Origin: Gemmatimonadota bacterium
GTDB taxonomy: Bacteria; Gemmatimonadota; Gemmatimonadetes; Gemmatimonadales; GWC2-71-9
Length of the DNA stretch: 64,000 nt
Direction: 5' to 3'
NCBI GenBank assembly: GCA_041482275.1
Contig: JBGPDL010000005.1
Span: 2,985-66,984, forward strand
The notes below the pieces were generated by a model, which was given only the letters and a program-made list of their open reading frames with translations, made no database searches and had not been told where the DNA came from. The position numbers and the translations under genes are program-made. This document shows, piece by piece, positions 52,117-61,863 of this stretch (position 1 is the stretch's first letter; every line of letters starts with the position of its first letter).

Positions 52117-54307
52117 GGGGCCAGGTGTCGAAAAGGTTGACAGTGCGGTGGGAGCGAGCCAACATAGGGAAGCGGTCCAACCGCGTCAATTGCGCGCGCC
52201 TCTGCTGTGCCTGCTCGTCGCCGCGTTCGCGGCGGCTCCCCTCGCCGCGCAGCAAGAGCCGCAGCGGGTGGTCCGCGGGCTTTCCTTCGAGGGCAATCAC
52301 GCGATCGACGACTACACGTTGAGCACGGCGATCTCCACCACGAAGTCGGGGGCGTTCGCGACGCACTGGTGGCTGCGCTGGATGGGGCTGGGTGAGAAGC
52401 GCTATTTCAACGAGCTCGAGTTCCGCCGGGACGTGGTGCGGTTGATCCTGCTGTACCGCCAGAGCGGGTACATGAACGCGGTGATCGACACGTTGGTGCG
52501 CCGCGAGAGCGGTGACGCCTACGTCACGTTCCGGATCTACGAGGGCGACCCGGTGCGCCTCGTGAAGCTTCAGATTCTGGGCCTCGACTCGATCCTCGAC
52601 GTGGCGCCGCTGAAGCGGGGCCTGCCGCTGCGGGAGGGCGACCCGTTCAACCGGACGCTGTTTCAAGCATCGGCCGACACGATCGTGAGCCGGCTCCGGA
52701 ACCGGGGCTACCCGTTCGCGGACATCCTCCGGAGCTATGACGTGGACGGGGCGGCGTTCCGCGCCGACGCGACGCTCGAGGCGCTCCCGGGCCGGCGGAT
52801 GCGGGTCGGCGAGGTGGTGATCACGGGCGCGGGGCAGGCCGACAGCGCCACAGTGCGGACCGTGCTCTCGGTGAAAGCCGGGGAGTGGTTTAGCCAGGAC
52901 CTGCTGTACCAGACCCAGCGCGACCTGTACGCGCTCGGCATGTTCGGCTCGGTGAACGTGGTGCTGGCGGACACGGCGCCGCCCCCGGCGGGGGACTCGA
53001 CCGTGCGGCTGGGGGTTCGGGTAGCGGAGGCGCCGCGCCACCGGATCCGGATGGGGGCGGGGTACGGATCGCTTGATTGCTTTCGGGTGCAGAGCGGCTG
53101 GACGGCGTACGATTTCCTCGGTGGGGCCCGCTCGCTCGACGTCACCGGCCAGCTCTCGAAACTCGGAGTGGGCCGTCCCACCGATGCCGGATTCAAGAAC
53201 AACGTGTGCGGCTTCCTGCACGACGATGCGACGTCGGACACCCTCAACTACAACGCCACCGTGACGTTGCGCCAGCCGGTGTTTCTGTCGGCGCGGCACA
53301 CGGCGAGGGTCGCGATCTTCGCTGAGCGGCGCTCGGAGTTCAAGACCTACACGCGCCAGGCGGTGGGGGCGAACGTCGCGGTGACGCTCAACGCCCGGCG
53401 CAACGTCCCCGTGACGGTGGGCTACGGCTACTCGGTGGGACGCACGACGGCCAGCGCGGCGGTGTACTGCAGTGTGTTTCGGGTGTGCGACAGCCTGGAT
53501 CAAGTGTCGTTGGCGAGCAAGCGACCGTTTGGGGCGGTCACGGTTTCCGCGCTCCGCAACAGCACCAACTCCGTGCTCGATCCGTCCGGGGGGGGTCTCG
53601 TCACCGGCTCGCTCATGTACTCGTCGCGGCTCATCGGCTCGGACACGCTGTACGAGTTCATCCGGGGGCAGCTCGAGGTCGCGCGGTATTATCCGATCGG
53701 CCGCCGTGGAGCGTTCGCCTGGCGGGTCCTCGGCGGCACGATCCTCCCGACGAGGCAGATCCAGGTCGACACGCAGCGGGTCCGCTTTGTCCCTCCCGAT
53801 CAGCGGTTCTACGGCGGCGGTCCCAATTCGGTGCGCGGCTACGCCCGCAACGAGCTGGGTCCGCGCGTGTACGTCACCGACAGCATCGAGGTGCAGGGAA
53901 CCACCACGACCTACAGAAACCTCCGAGCTTCACCGACGGGCGGCAACTCGATCTTCGTCGCGAATGCGGAGCTGCGGTTCGCGACGCCGCTCTTCCCCGA
54001 CCGCATGCGCCTGGCGGTCTTCACGGACGCGGGGCAGGTGTGGGAATACGGGAAAGGGATCAACGGGCTGCGCGTCACGCCGGGGGTCGGGCTACGGTTT
54101 GTGACCCCGCTCGGACCGGTGCGCCTCGACGCCGCGTACAACGGCTACCCGCAGGCGTCCGGCCCGCTCTACCTCCTGAATAACACTACCAAGAGCCTCA
54201 CTGCCGTGACTGATGGGGGTGGGAACCAGGTGATACTCCATCTGCCATTGCCGCCTGGGTTCTGGCGGCGGGTGGTGGTGCAGTTCGCCGTGGGCCAGGC
54301 CTTCTGA
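52115..54307 (+). CDS. tamA: Omp85-family outer membrane protein (TamA/BamA-like: POTRA domains plus 16-strand barrel)
   Basis: POTRA-like repeats are followed by the surface-antigen barrel, which ends in ...QFAVGQAF. It lies directly upstream of tamB and overlaps it (TGATG). The start is uncertain: ATG 52115, or TTG 52190, which gives a cleaner signal peptide (MRAPLLCLLVAAFAAAPLAAQ). Confidence 0.85.
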   Translation: MGPGVEKVDSAVGASQHREAVQPRQLRAPLLCLLVAAFAAAPLAAQQEPQRVVRGLSFEGNHAIDDYTLSTAISTTKSGAFATHWWLRWMGLGEKRYFNELEFRRDVVRLILLYRQSGYMNAVIDTLVRRESGDAYVTFRIYEGDPVRLVKLQILGLDSILDVAPLKRGLPLREGDPFNRTLFQASADTIVSRLRNRGYPFADILRSYDVDGAAFRADATLEALPGRRMRVGEVVITGAGQADSATVRTVLSVKAGEWFSQDLLYQTQRDLYALGMFGSVNVVLADTAPPPAGDSTVRLGVRVAEAPRHRIRMGAGYGSLDCFRVQSGWTAYDFLGGARSLDVTGQLSKLGVGRPTDAGFKNNVCGFLHDDATSDTLNYNATVTLRQPVFLSARHTARVAIFAERRSEFKTYTRQAVGANVAVTLNARRNVPVTVGYGYSVGRTTASAAVYCSVFRVCDSLDQVSLASKRPFGAVTVSALRNSTNSVLDPSGGGLVTGSLMYSSRLIGSDTLYEFIRGQLEVARYYPIGRRGAFAWRVLGGTILPTRQIQVDTQRVRFVPPDQRFYGGGPNSVRGYARNELGPRVYVTDSIEVQGTTTTYRNLRASPTGGNSIFVANAELRFATPLFPDRMRLAVFTDAGQVWEYGKGINGLRVTPGVGLRFVTPLGPVRLDAAYNGYPQASGPLYLLNNTTKSLTAVTDGGGNQVILHLPLPPGFWRRVVVQFAVGQAF

Positions 54308-57300
54308 TGGTCCGGCGCTCGCTCGGGGCCGCGCTGTGGACGGTGGCGGGCCTGCTCGCCTGCTTCCTCGGGGCGCTCTCGTCCTTGGTCGGCACGGGGG
54401 CCGGGCGCACCCTGCTCGCGCGCGTGTCCGAAGCGGCCGTGCGCCAGCTGTTCACCGGGACGATCGAGATCGCAAACGTGCGCGGGTCGCTCCTGACCGG
54501 CGTCACGCTGGACCAGGTCCGCCTGTTCGACGCGGACTCGACGCTCGTCGCGTGGCTGCCACGGGCGGACTTGAGCTACAACCCGTTCGATCTCGCCGCC
54601 GGCCGCATCGTGCTGCTCGCGTTCGAGCTTGACCGGCCCGTGATCAACATCGTGCAGCACCCGAGCGGCCGGCTGAACATCGAGGAGCTGTTGCGGCTGC
54701 GCGGCCCGGACACCGGGCCGCACGGACCCGCCACGCTCATCCTGTTCCGGAACGTCCGGGTGACCGACGGCAGCGTGACGCTGCGGCTGCAGGCGCGGCG
54801 GCCGGAGCCGGGCGACACGAGCCGCGAGATTGCGAGCGGCGGGCCGAACGGCCGGCTGCGGATCCGCCGGTTCGAGCATGTCGACACGCGGCTCGCGGTT
54901 CTGCAGTTGTCCACGCCGCGCGAGCGCGGCGTCCGCATCGACGTGTCCCAGCTGGCGGTGGAAATCTCGGACCCGCCGGTCCGCCTGGTGGACGTGGTGG
55001 GGCAGCTGCGGGTGATCCACGACTCGCTGGAGCTGGGTCTCGCGCGGGTGCGGCTGCCGGGCTCAGCGCTGCGCGAGGCGCGCGGGCTGCTCAGCTGGCC
55101 GCACGACACGCTGCTGTACGATCTCCGGCTGCACGCCGACTCGGCGACATTGCGCGACTTCCGCTTCATCGACCGGCGCTTTGCGGGACGTCCCGGCGGG
55201 GGCGTCGTGTCGGGCGACGTGCGAGTGCGCTCGCACGGCGGGCGGGTGCTCGAGGTGGGACTCGACCCTTTGCGTCTGGCGGACGCGGGCGGGACGCTCG
55301 CCGGTCGCCTCACCGCCTTCAGCGTGGCGGACTCCGGGCTCGTCGCTCTGCAGGACGCCGATTTGGAGGCCCGCAACTTCGACCTCGAGTTCGCGCGACC
55401 CTTTGTCGACACGCTCCCGTTCGCCGGACGGCTGACCGGACACACGGTGGCGAGCGGACCGCTCGGCCTCTTGGCCCTTGAGACCGACTGGTCGTTCCGC
55501 GACTCGCTCGTACCGGGGTGGCCGGAGAGCCGCGTACGGGGCAAGGGGGCGGTGAACCTCACCGCCGCCGACGGTCTGCGGTTCGAGAGCTTCGCCGTCG
55601 AGGCAGCGAGCCTCGACCTGGGCACGGTCGCGCTGCTCGCGCCCGCCGTGCAGCTGCACGGGACGCTGGACGCCGCGGGTACGCTCACCGGGCCGCTCCA
55701 CGACGCGCAGTTCGTCGGGCGTCTGACGCACCGGGACGGCGACCGGCCGCCGAGCACGCTCGTCGGGAGCGTGCGCTTGGACACACGCACCGACACGCTG
55801 GGCGTGTATGCCGACGTGACCATGGACTCGCTCTCGTTCGACGGGCTCAGGGGCAGCTTCCCGTCGCTGCCGCTGCACGGCGCGGCGACGGGTCCCGTGA
55901 AGCTCAGCGGCGCGCTCACCGCGCTCGAGATGCACGCCGAGTTGCGCGCGGCGGGTGGCGACGTGCGCGGGGACGGGACGCTCGTGCTGGACCGGCCGCG
56001 GTTCGGCGCTCGCGACCTGAAGATCGTGGCTCGGGACCTGGACCTCGCAGCGTGGCTCGCGGCGGCGCCGCCCTCGCGCCTCAACCTGACGCTCCAGGGG
56101 AGCGTGCTGCGCGACAGCGCCGCCCCGCCCACCGGGGCGGCGACCGTGGCGCTCGGCGCGTCCGAGTTCGCCGGTGCCGGAATCGACTCGGGAGCCGCCA
56201 GCGTGCGGTTCGCGGACCGGCGGCTCTACGTGGATTCCCTGCGTATCGCCCAACCGGGCCTCATCACCACCGGGTCCGGATCGCTTGGGTGGACCCACGG
56301 GACGCGCGGCCAGCTGGCGCTCGACTTCGACGCCGACAGCTTGAATGCGCTCGACTCGCTCGTGAGCTGGCTCGCGGGTGGCGGGTCCCCCGCCGCGGAC
56401 TCCGGCGGGCCGGCGGCGCACGCCCTGGCGGGTTCGGCGCACCTGCTGCTCACACTCGAGGGCTCGCTCGACTCCCTCGGTGGGGATGCGCGTGCCAGCG
56501 TCGAGCGGCTCGCGTGGCGCGGGTGGCTGATCCCGGCCGGCCGCGGCCGGCTGGCCTGGCAACCCGGCCCACACCCGACCTTCGCGTTCGACGCGACGCT
56601 CGACTCGCTCGCCTACGGCGTGCTCGGGTTCTCCGTCGCGGCCGTCGCGGCGCGGGGAAAGCCCGACTCGCTCACCTGGTTCGCGCGCACGCGCATCGGG
56701 GAGGGGGGCGCGTTTCTCGGCGGCGGACGGTTCGCGCAGACATCCTCCGTCGGCGGCGGCGTCGTACGCACCATCGGAGTGGACTCGCTCGCCGTCCACC
56801 TGCCGGGCGACGCCTGGGTGCTCGAGCGGCCGGCCGAGCTCACCGTGACCGACTCAGCCGCCACGGTCACCCGGTTCGCGCTGCACAGCGCGTACGGGCA
56901 GGGCAACCTCGCGCTCGAGGGGGACCTGCCAACGCGCGGCCGGGCTGACGCGCACCTCCAGCTCGAAGCGTTCCCGCTCGCCGCGCTGTACGCCTTGCTG
57001 GAGCAGGATACCGCGGGGGTAGGCGGTACCATCACGGCCACCGCGGGGCTGTCGGGCACGCGCGCGAGCCCGATCTCGAGCGGGTCGTTCTCCCTCTCCA
57101 ACGGCTCCCTCGGAGAGTTCCACACGCCGTTCGTCGACGGGACGTTCGAGTATCGGGACCGCCGGCTGGGCGCGGCGCTGCATCTGTGGCGCTCGGGCCA
57201 GCAGATCCTCGATGTGCAGGCGTACCTACCGCTCGACCTGGCTCTCACGCCCATGGCGCGCCGCCAGCTTCCCGACACCCTGTCGGTGCGGGCCACGGCC

Positions 57301-58722
57301 GACAGCGTGGATCTCTCGGTGCTCGAGGCGCTCACGCCCGCCCTGCAGCGCGTGACCGGCGTGTTCTCCGCGGATGTCGGGATCGCGGGCACGTGGGACG
57401 CACCGCGGCTGCGCGGTGCGTTGCAGGTCACCCACGCGGCGGCGACGATCCCCACCCTGAACGTGCGTTACGAGGACGTGAACGGCCGGCTGGCGCTCTC
57501 GGGCGACACAATCGCCGTTCAGGCGTTGTCCGCCCGGAGCGAGGGTGGCCTGGCCGACTTCACGGGCGTGGTGCGGCTCGAGCAGCTCACGCACCCGGTG
57601 CTCGACCTGCGGATCGTCGCCGATCAGTTCCGGGCGCTCGACCTGAAGAACAACGTCACGATCACCGCCAGCGGGCGTCTGGTGCTACGCGGGCCCGTCA
57701 TCGGCGCCACGCTCACCGGCCAGGCAAAGGTCACGTCGGGCGTGCTGTACTTCGCGGATCTCGTGCAGAAGCGCATCGTGAACCTGGACGAGCTCGCGGA
57801 CACGTCGCTCGCGTCGCTCATCGCCCAGCAGCGGCTCGGCCCCGAGTTCGAGAACGTGTTCCTCGACAGTCTGCGGATCGATGGCCTCGAGCTGGAAATG
57901 GGAAGCGACGTGTGGCTCCGGTCGAACGAGACGAACATCCAGCTCGCCGGCTCGGTGCGGGTCAGCAAGCAGCGCAACCTCTACCTCGTGAGCGGCACCC
58001 TGCAGGCGGTGCGGGGCACGTACCGGCTCAAGGTGGGGTCGGTGCTGTCGCGCGAGTTCGTCGTTACCGACGGGACGGTGCGCTACTTCGGCACTCCGGA
58101 CCAGGACGCCGCGCTCGACATCGTGGCGAAGCACGTGGTCCACCCCATCCCGACGCTGAGCCAGCGCAACCCCGAGGACATCACGGTGGTGGCGCACATC
58201 ACGGGAACGCTGCTCGTGCCCAAGGTCACGCTCGAAGCGGAGAAGCGCGAGCTGTCGCAAACCGAGCTCATCTCCTACCTGCTGTTCGGCAAGAGCAACC
58301 TGGATTTGGGAGGGGATCAGGGCCCCATCGCCGATCAGCGGGCCGTGTTGCAGAGCGCCCTTGCGGTCCTGTCGGGAGAGATCGAGCAGACGATCGTGTC
58401 GGGGGGCGTGCCGGTGGACTACGTAGAGATCCGCCCGGGCGGGGGCGGGCAGGGCGACCCGCTGCTCGGCTGGCAGTTCGCCGTGGGACGGCAGCTCGGG
58501 CCCAAGACGTTCCTCGTGGTGAACGCGGGATTTTGCGAGGGCCGGCAGGTCGGTGTGGGGAACACGCTGGGCCTCTCGCTCCAGTTCCGTATCAGCCCGG
58601 AGTGGCGCACGGAGGCGAGTTTCGAACCGGTACAGACCTGCGGCGACCCCACCAGCGAGACGCAGGGCAACACGGTTCCGCGCCAGATCGGTCTGGACCT
58701 GTTCTGGGAGAAGCGCTACTAG
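54307..58722 (+). CDS. tamB: Translocation and assembly module protein TamB (AsmA-like, C-terminal DUF490)
   Basis: 1471 aa with an N-terminal signal-anchor helix. It has long beta-rich repetitive architecture and a DUF490-like C-terminus, and it is paired with the Omp85 gene. Confidence 0.88.
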   Translation: MVRRSLGAALWTVAGLLACFLGALSSLVGTGAGRTLLARVSEAAVRQLFTGTIEIANVRGSLLTGVTLDQVRLFDADSTLVAWLPRADLSYNPFDLAAGRIVLLAFELDRPVINIVQHPSGRLNIEELLRLRGPDTGPHGPATLILFRNVRVTDGSVTLRLQARRPEPGDTSREIASGGPNGRLRIRRFEHVDTRLAVLQLSTPRERGVRIDVSQLAVEISDPPVRLVDVVGQLRVIHDSLELGLARVRLPGSALREARGLLSWPHDTLLYDLRLHADSATLRDFRFIDRRFAGRPGGGVVSGDVRVRSHGGRVLEVGLDPLRLADAGGTLAGRLTAFSVADSGLVALQDADLEARNFDLEFARPFVDTLPFAGRLTGHTVASGPLGLLALETDWSFRDSLVPGWPESRVRGKGAVNLTAADGLRFESFAVEAASLDLGTVALLAPAVQLHGTLDAAGTLTGPLHDAQFVGRLTHRDGDRPPSTLVGSVRLDTRTDTLGVYADVTMDSLSFDGLRGSFPSLPLHGAATGPVKLSGALTALEMHAELRAAGGDVRGDGTLVLDRPRFGARDLKIVARDLDLAAWLAAAPPSRLNLTLQGSVLRDSAAPPTGAATVALGASEFAGAGIDSGAASVRFADRRLYVDSLRIAQPGLITTGSGSLGWTHGTRGQLALDFDADSLNALDSLVSWLAGGGSPAADSGGPAAHALAGSAHLLLTLEGSLDSLGGDARASVERLAWRGWLIPAGRGRLAWQPGPHPTFAFDATLDSLAYGVLGFSVAAVAARGKPDSLTWFARTRIGEGGAFLGGGRFAQTSSVGGGVVRTIGVDSLAVHLPGDAWVLERPAELTVTDSAATVTRFALHSAYGQGNLALEGDLPTRGRADAHLQLEAFPLAALYALLEQDTAGVGGTITATAGLSGTRASPISSGSFSLSNGSLGEFHTPFVDGTFEYRDRRLGAALHLWRSGQQILDVQAYLPLDLALTPMARRQLPDTLSVRATADSVDLSVLEALTPALQRVTGVFSADVGIAGTWDAPRLRGALQVTHAAATIPTLNVRYEDVNGRLALSGDTIAVQALSARSEGGLADFTGVVRLEQLTHPVLDLRIVADQFRALDLKNNVTITASGRLVLRGPVIGATLTGQAKVTSGVLYFADLVQKRIVNLDELADTSLASLIAQQRLGPEFENVFLDSLRIDGLELEMGSDVWLRSNETNIQLAGSVRVSKQRNLYLVSGTLQAVRGTYRLKVGSVLSREFVVTDGTVRYFGTPDQDAALDIVAKHVVHPIPTLSQRNPEDITVVAHITGTLLVPKVTLEAEKRELSQTELISYLLFGKSNLDLGGDQGPIADQRAVLQSALAVLSGEIEQTIVSGGVPVDYVEIRPGGGGQGDPLLGWQFAVGRQLGPKTFLVVNAGFCEGRQVGVGNTLGLSLQFRISPEWRTEASFEPVQTCGDPTSETQGNTVPRQIGLDLFWEKRY

Positions 58723-58724
58723 CC

Positions 58725-59654
58725 GTGACGCGTGCCCTGCTCATCGCCAACCCGGCGGCGGCCCGCACCGATGCGCGGGCGGTGACGGCGATCCGCGACA
58801 CGCTGCGGGGCGGGGGCTGGGCGGTGGAGGTGCGCGCGACGGCCCGGGCCGGCGACGCCCGTCGCTTCGCCCGGGAGGCGAGCACCCAGGGCTTCGACGC
58901 GCTGGTGTGCTACGGGGGAGACGGCACGGCCATGGAAATCGCGGCCGGCGCGGTGGGGAGCGGCATCCCGCTCGGCCTGGTGCCCGGCGGGACCGGCAAC
59001 CTGCTGGCGGGGAACCTCCGGCTGCCGCGCCGCCCCGCGGCGGCGGCGCGCGTGATCCTCGCCGGCCGCGCGGCATCCATCGACCTCGGCGCCGTGGAGC
59101 GGCCGGACGGCACGCACTATTTCGCGGTCTGCAGCGGCACGGGGTTCGACGCCCGGCTGATGGCGCGCACCGGGACTGCGGAGAAACGGCGCAGGAAGAT
59201 GGCGGCGTACGTGATGCGGGCGTTCGCTGCCCTGCCCGGCGTCACGAGCCCGCTCCATCGCGTGACCGTCGACGGTGTCGCGCGCGAGCTGCCTGCGGCC
59301 ATGGTGCTGGTCGCGAACTGCGGCGAGCTCCTACCTCCGTTCCTGCGGCTGCGCGACAACGTCGCGCCGGACGACGGCTGGCTGGACGTGCTCGTGCTGC
59401 GGGCCGAGGGAGTGGTCCAGAGCCTCGCGGCATTCTTCGAGCTGCTGCGCCGGCCCGCGAACGGCGCCCGGCGATTGTGGTTCGGGCGGGGGCGCACGGT
59501 GCGCGTCGAGGTGCTGGAAGGCCCGCCCCAGCCGATGCAACTCGACGGCGAGCTGTGGGGCGACGCACCGTTCGAGGCGCGGCTGCTGCCGCGCGCGCTC
59601 GCGGTGATCGTCGATCCGGACACCGCGCCGCTGGGAGCGAAACCCCGTGGCTGA
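58725..59654 (+). CDS. Diacylglycerol-kinase-catalytic-domain lipid kinase (YegS/BmrU/LCB5 family)
   Basis: The GTG start lies 3 nt after the tamB stop, within tracked ORF 57186..59654. Motifs LIANP.A, GGDGT and GLVPGGTGN are typical of the DAGK_cat family. Confidence 0.8.
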   Translation: MTRALLIANPAAARTDARAVTAIRDTLRGGGWAVEVRATARAGDARRFAREASTQGFDALVCYGGDGTAMEIAAGAVGSGIPLGLVPGGTGNLLAGNLRLPRRPAAAARVILAGRAASIDLGAVERPDGTHYFAVCSGTGFDARLMARTGTAEKRRRKMAAYVMRAFAALPGVTSPLHRVTVDGVARELPAAMVLVANCGELLPPFLRLRDNVAPDDGWLDVLVLRAEGVVQSLAAFFELLRRPANGARRLWFGRGRTVRVEVLEGPPQPMQLDGELWGDAPFEARLLPRALAVIVDPDTAPLGAKPRG

Positions 59655-60990
59655 CAGCCTCCTCCTCATCGACGACGACGCCGACGTGCTGCGCGCGCTC
59701 GGCGACTATTTCGACAAGATCGGCTATGAGGTAGGGCGGGCCGGGACGGGCGAGGCGGGCCTCGAGGCGTTCGAGCGCGTCCGGCCGGACGTCGTGATTC
59801 TCGACCTCCACCTTCCCGACCTCGACGGGCTCGAGGTGCTCGAGCGCCTCCGCTCGCGCGGTGGAGCCGTCATCCTGCTCACCGGCCAGGGCGACATCGA
59901 TACGGCGGTCCGCGCCATGCAACTCGGCGCGGAGCACTTCCTCACGAAGCCGGTGGATCTCAACCACCTGGCCGCGGCCACGGCGCGCGTGTGCGAGAAG
60001 GTCCGGCTGGTGCGCCAAAACGCGCTGCTGCGCGCGCGCGAGCACGAAGGCGAGGGGCTCGAATCGCTCGGCGTCTCACCCGCCATCCGGGAGCTCGGCC
60101 GCCAGATCGAGCTGCTCGCCGCGAGCGAGCGGTCCACCGTGCTACTCACGGGGGAGAGCGGCACCGGAAAGGGGTGGGTCGCTCGGGTGATTCACCACCT
60201 GTCGCCGCGCGCGAAAGGTCCGTTCATCGAGGTGAACTGCGCTGGCCTGTCCGCCACATTCCTCGACTCGGAGCTGTTCGGGCACGAGAAGGGTGCTTTC
60301 ACCGACGCCAAGGAGCGCAAGCAGGGGTTGTTCGAGCTCGCGGACCATGGCACGGTGTTCCTCGACGAGATCGGTGACCTGGCACCCGAGCTCCAGCCCA
60401 AGATCCTCAAGGTGCTCGAGACCAAGACGTTCCGCCGGCTGGGCGGCACGCGCGAGCTGACCGTGGACGTGCGTCTCGTCGCCGCCACGAATCGGGACCT
60501 CATGGCCGAAGTGGAGGCGGGGCGCTTCCGCCGGGACCTGTACTATCGCCTCAGCGTGATGCCGCTCCGCCTGCCGGCGGTGCGGGAGCGCTCGCGCGAC
60601 GACCGGCTGGCGTTACTCACCCGCATCCTCTCGGACCTGGCGCCCCAGATGCCGGGCTGCCCCAGTGCCTGCAGCGCCGAGGTGCTGGATCGGCTCCTGT
60701 CGGCGGCCTGGCCGGGCAACGTGCGCGAGATGCGCAACGTGGTCGAGCGGGCCATGATCCTCGCGCGCGGCGTGAGTCAGCTCGGCGTCGAGCACTTGCC
60801 GGCCGACCTGCGCAAGGGTGGGAGTGGGGAGCGCCGCCACCAGCCGCAGGCGCTCGCCGAAGTGGAGCGGGTGCACATCGAGAAGACGCTCAGGTTTCAC
60901 GGCGGCAACCGCACGCGCGCCGCCCAGGAGCTCGGTATTTCGCGCGCCACGCTGATCAATAAGATTAGGGTCTACGGGCTCGACCTCTGA
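59647..60990 (+). CDS. Sigma-54-dependent response regulator (NtrC family: REC + AAA+ + Fis-type HTH)
   Basis: It has a REC domain (DDD..., DLHLPDLDG) and an AAA+ domain with GESGTGK, GAFTDA and FLDEIGDL. The C-terminal HTH reads AAQELGISRATLINKI. The start overlaps the end of the lipid kinase gene by 8 nt. Confidence 0.9.
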   Translation: MADSLLLIDDDADVLRALGDYFDKIGYEVGRAGTGEAGLEAFERVRPDVVILDLHLPDLDGLEVLERLRSRGGAVILLTGQGDIDTAVRAMQLGAEHFLTKPVDLNHLAAATARVCEKVRLVRQNALLRAREHEGEGLESLGVSPAIRELGRQIELLAASERSTVLLTGESGTGKGWVARVIHHLSPRAKGPFIEVNCAGLSATFLDSELFGHEKGAFTDAKERKQGLFELADHGTVFLDEIGDLAPELQPKILKVLETKTFRRLGGTRELTVDVRLVAATNRDLMAEVEAGRFRRDLYYRLSVMPLRLPAVRERSRDDRLALLTRILSDLAPQMPGCPSACSAEVLDRLLSAAWPGNVREMRNVVERAMILARGVSQLGVEHLPADLRKGGSGERRHQPQALAEVERVHIEKTLRFHGGNRTRAAQELGISRATLINKIRVYGLDL

Positions 60991-60997
60991 GGCGACT

Positions 60998-61186
60998 ATG
61001 ACGGACAAACTGAAGCTGATGGAGCACGACGGCATGGTGTGCCGCTACTGCGGCAACGAGGAACGTGCGTCGGAGGGGTATCCGTGCGCGGACTGCGGCA
61101 CCTTCATCTGCCTGATTTGCTCGTTCCGGGGCATCACGCGCTGCAAGGCGTGCGAGGAGAAGGCGAAAGCGTCGCAGCAGGCTTAG
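60998..61186 (+). CDS. Small Cys-rich double zinc-ribbon protein (62 aa)
   Basis: It has four CxxC pairs (CRYC, CADC, CLIC, CKAC). It lies 7 nt downstream of the NtrC-like gene. Its 3' end overlaps the convergent response regulator gene by 4 nt. Confidence 0.55.
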   Translation: MTDKLKLMEHDGMVCRYCGNEERASEGYPCADCGTFICLICSFRGITRCKACEEKAKASQQA

Positions 61187-61806
61187 CCCGCCGCGTCCCG
61201 CCGCTTCCGGACCTCCCGCGCCACGTCCTCGGGCGTCGTGCCGAGCTCTTTCGCCAGTTTGGCCACCGCATCGCTCGCCCCCGGCCAGTCGCCCGCGGCC
61301 GCGAGCGCGGTCAGAGCGACGTCCTCGACCACCGTGGTGCGCTCTTCCAGATCGCGCGTGCGCACCGCCACCTCGCGCGCGAGCCACTGCTCGAGCTCGC
61401 GACGGTCGATCTCGAGCTGCCGCTGCCGTAACGCTCCCTGGAGCGACATCTCCAGCTCGTCCAGGTCCACCGGCTTGATGAGGTAGTCGTAGGCCCCGAG
61501 CTTGAGACACTCGATGGCGGTGCGGGGCTCGTCGATGGCCGTCAGCATGATGATCGCCAAGTCCGAGTCGACCGCGAGGGCCTTGGGCACGAGCTCCACG
61601 CCGCTCATGTTCGGCATGCGGATGTCGGACAGCATCGCCTGCGGCTGATCCGCCGACTGTCGGTCGAGCGCCTCGGCGCCGCTCGCGGCCTGCAGCACCT
61701 TGTATCCGAGCCGAGTGAGAAACCGGTCGAGCGCCTGGCGAATGCCTTCTTCGTCGTCCACCACCAAGATGGTCGTCGCGGGGACCTGCGGATCGGCGTT
61801 GGGCAT
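61183..61806 (-). CDS. Response regulator (REC domain) with a C-terminal coiled-coil/unknown output region
   Basis: Start trimmed to ATG 61806 (MPNADPQVPATTILVVDDEEGIRQ). It has the phospho-acceptor context LSDIRMPNMSG and the conserved YDYLIKP. Confidence 0.85.
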   Translation of the reverse strand: MPNADPQVPATTILVVDDEEGIRQALDRFLTRLGYKVLQAASGAEALDRQSADQPQAMLSDIRMPNMSGVELVPKALAVDSDLAIIMLTAIDEPRTAIECLKLGAYDYLIKPVDLDELEMSLQGALRQRQLEIDRRELEQWLAREVAVRTRDLEERTTVVEDVALTALAAAGDWPGASDAVAKLAKELGTTPEDVAREVRKRRDAAG

Positions 61807-61863
61807 GGCGCTAACGTATGTGCCCTCCACAACCCGAGCAAGCCGAGGTATCTTCGCGCTTCC

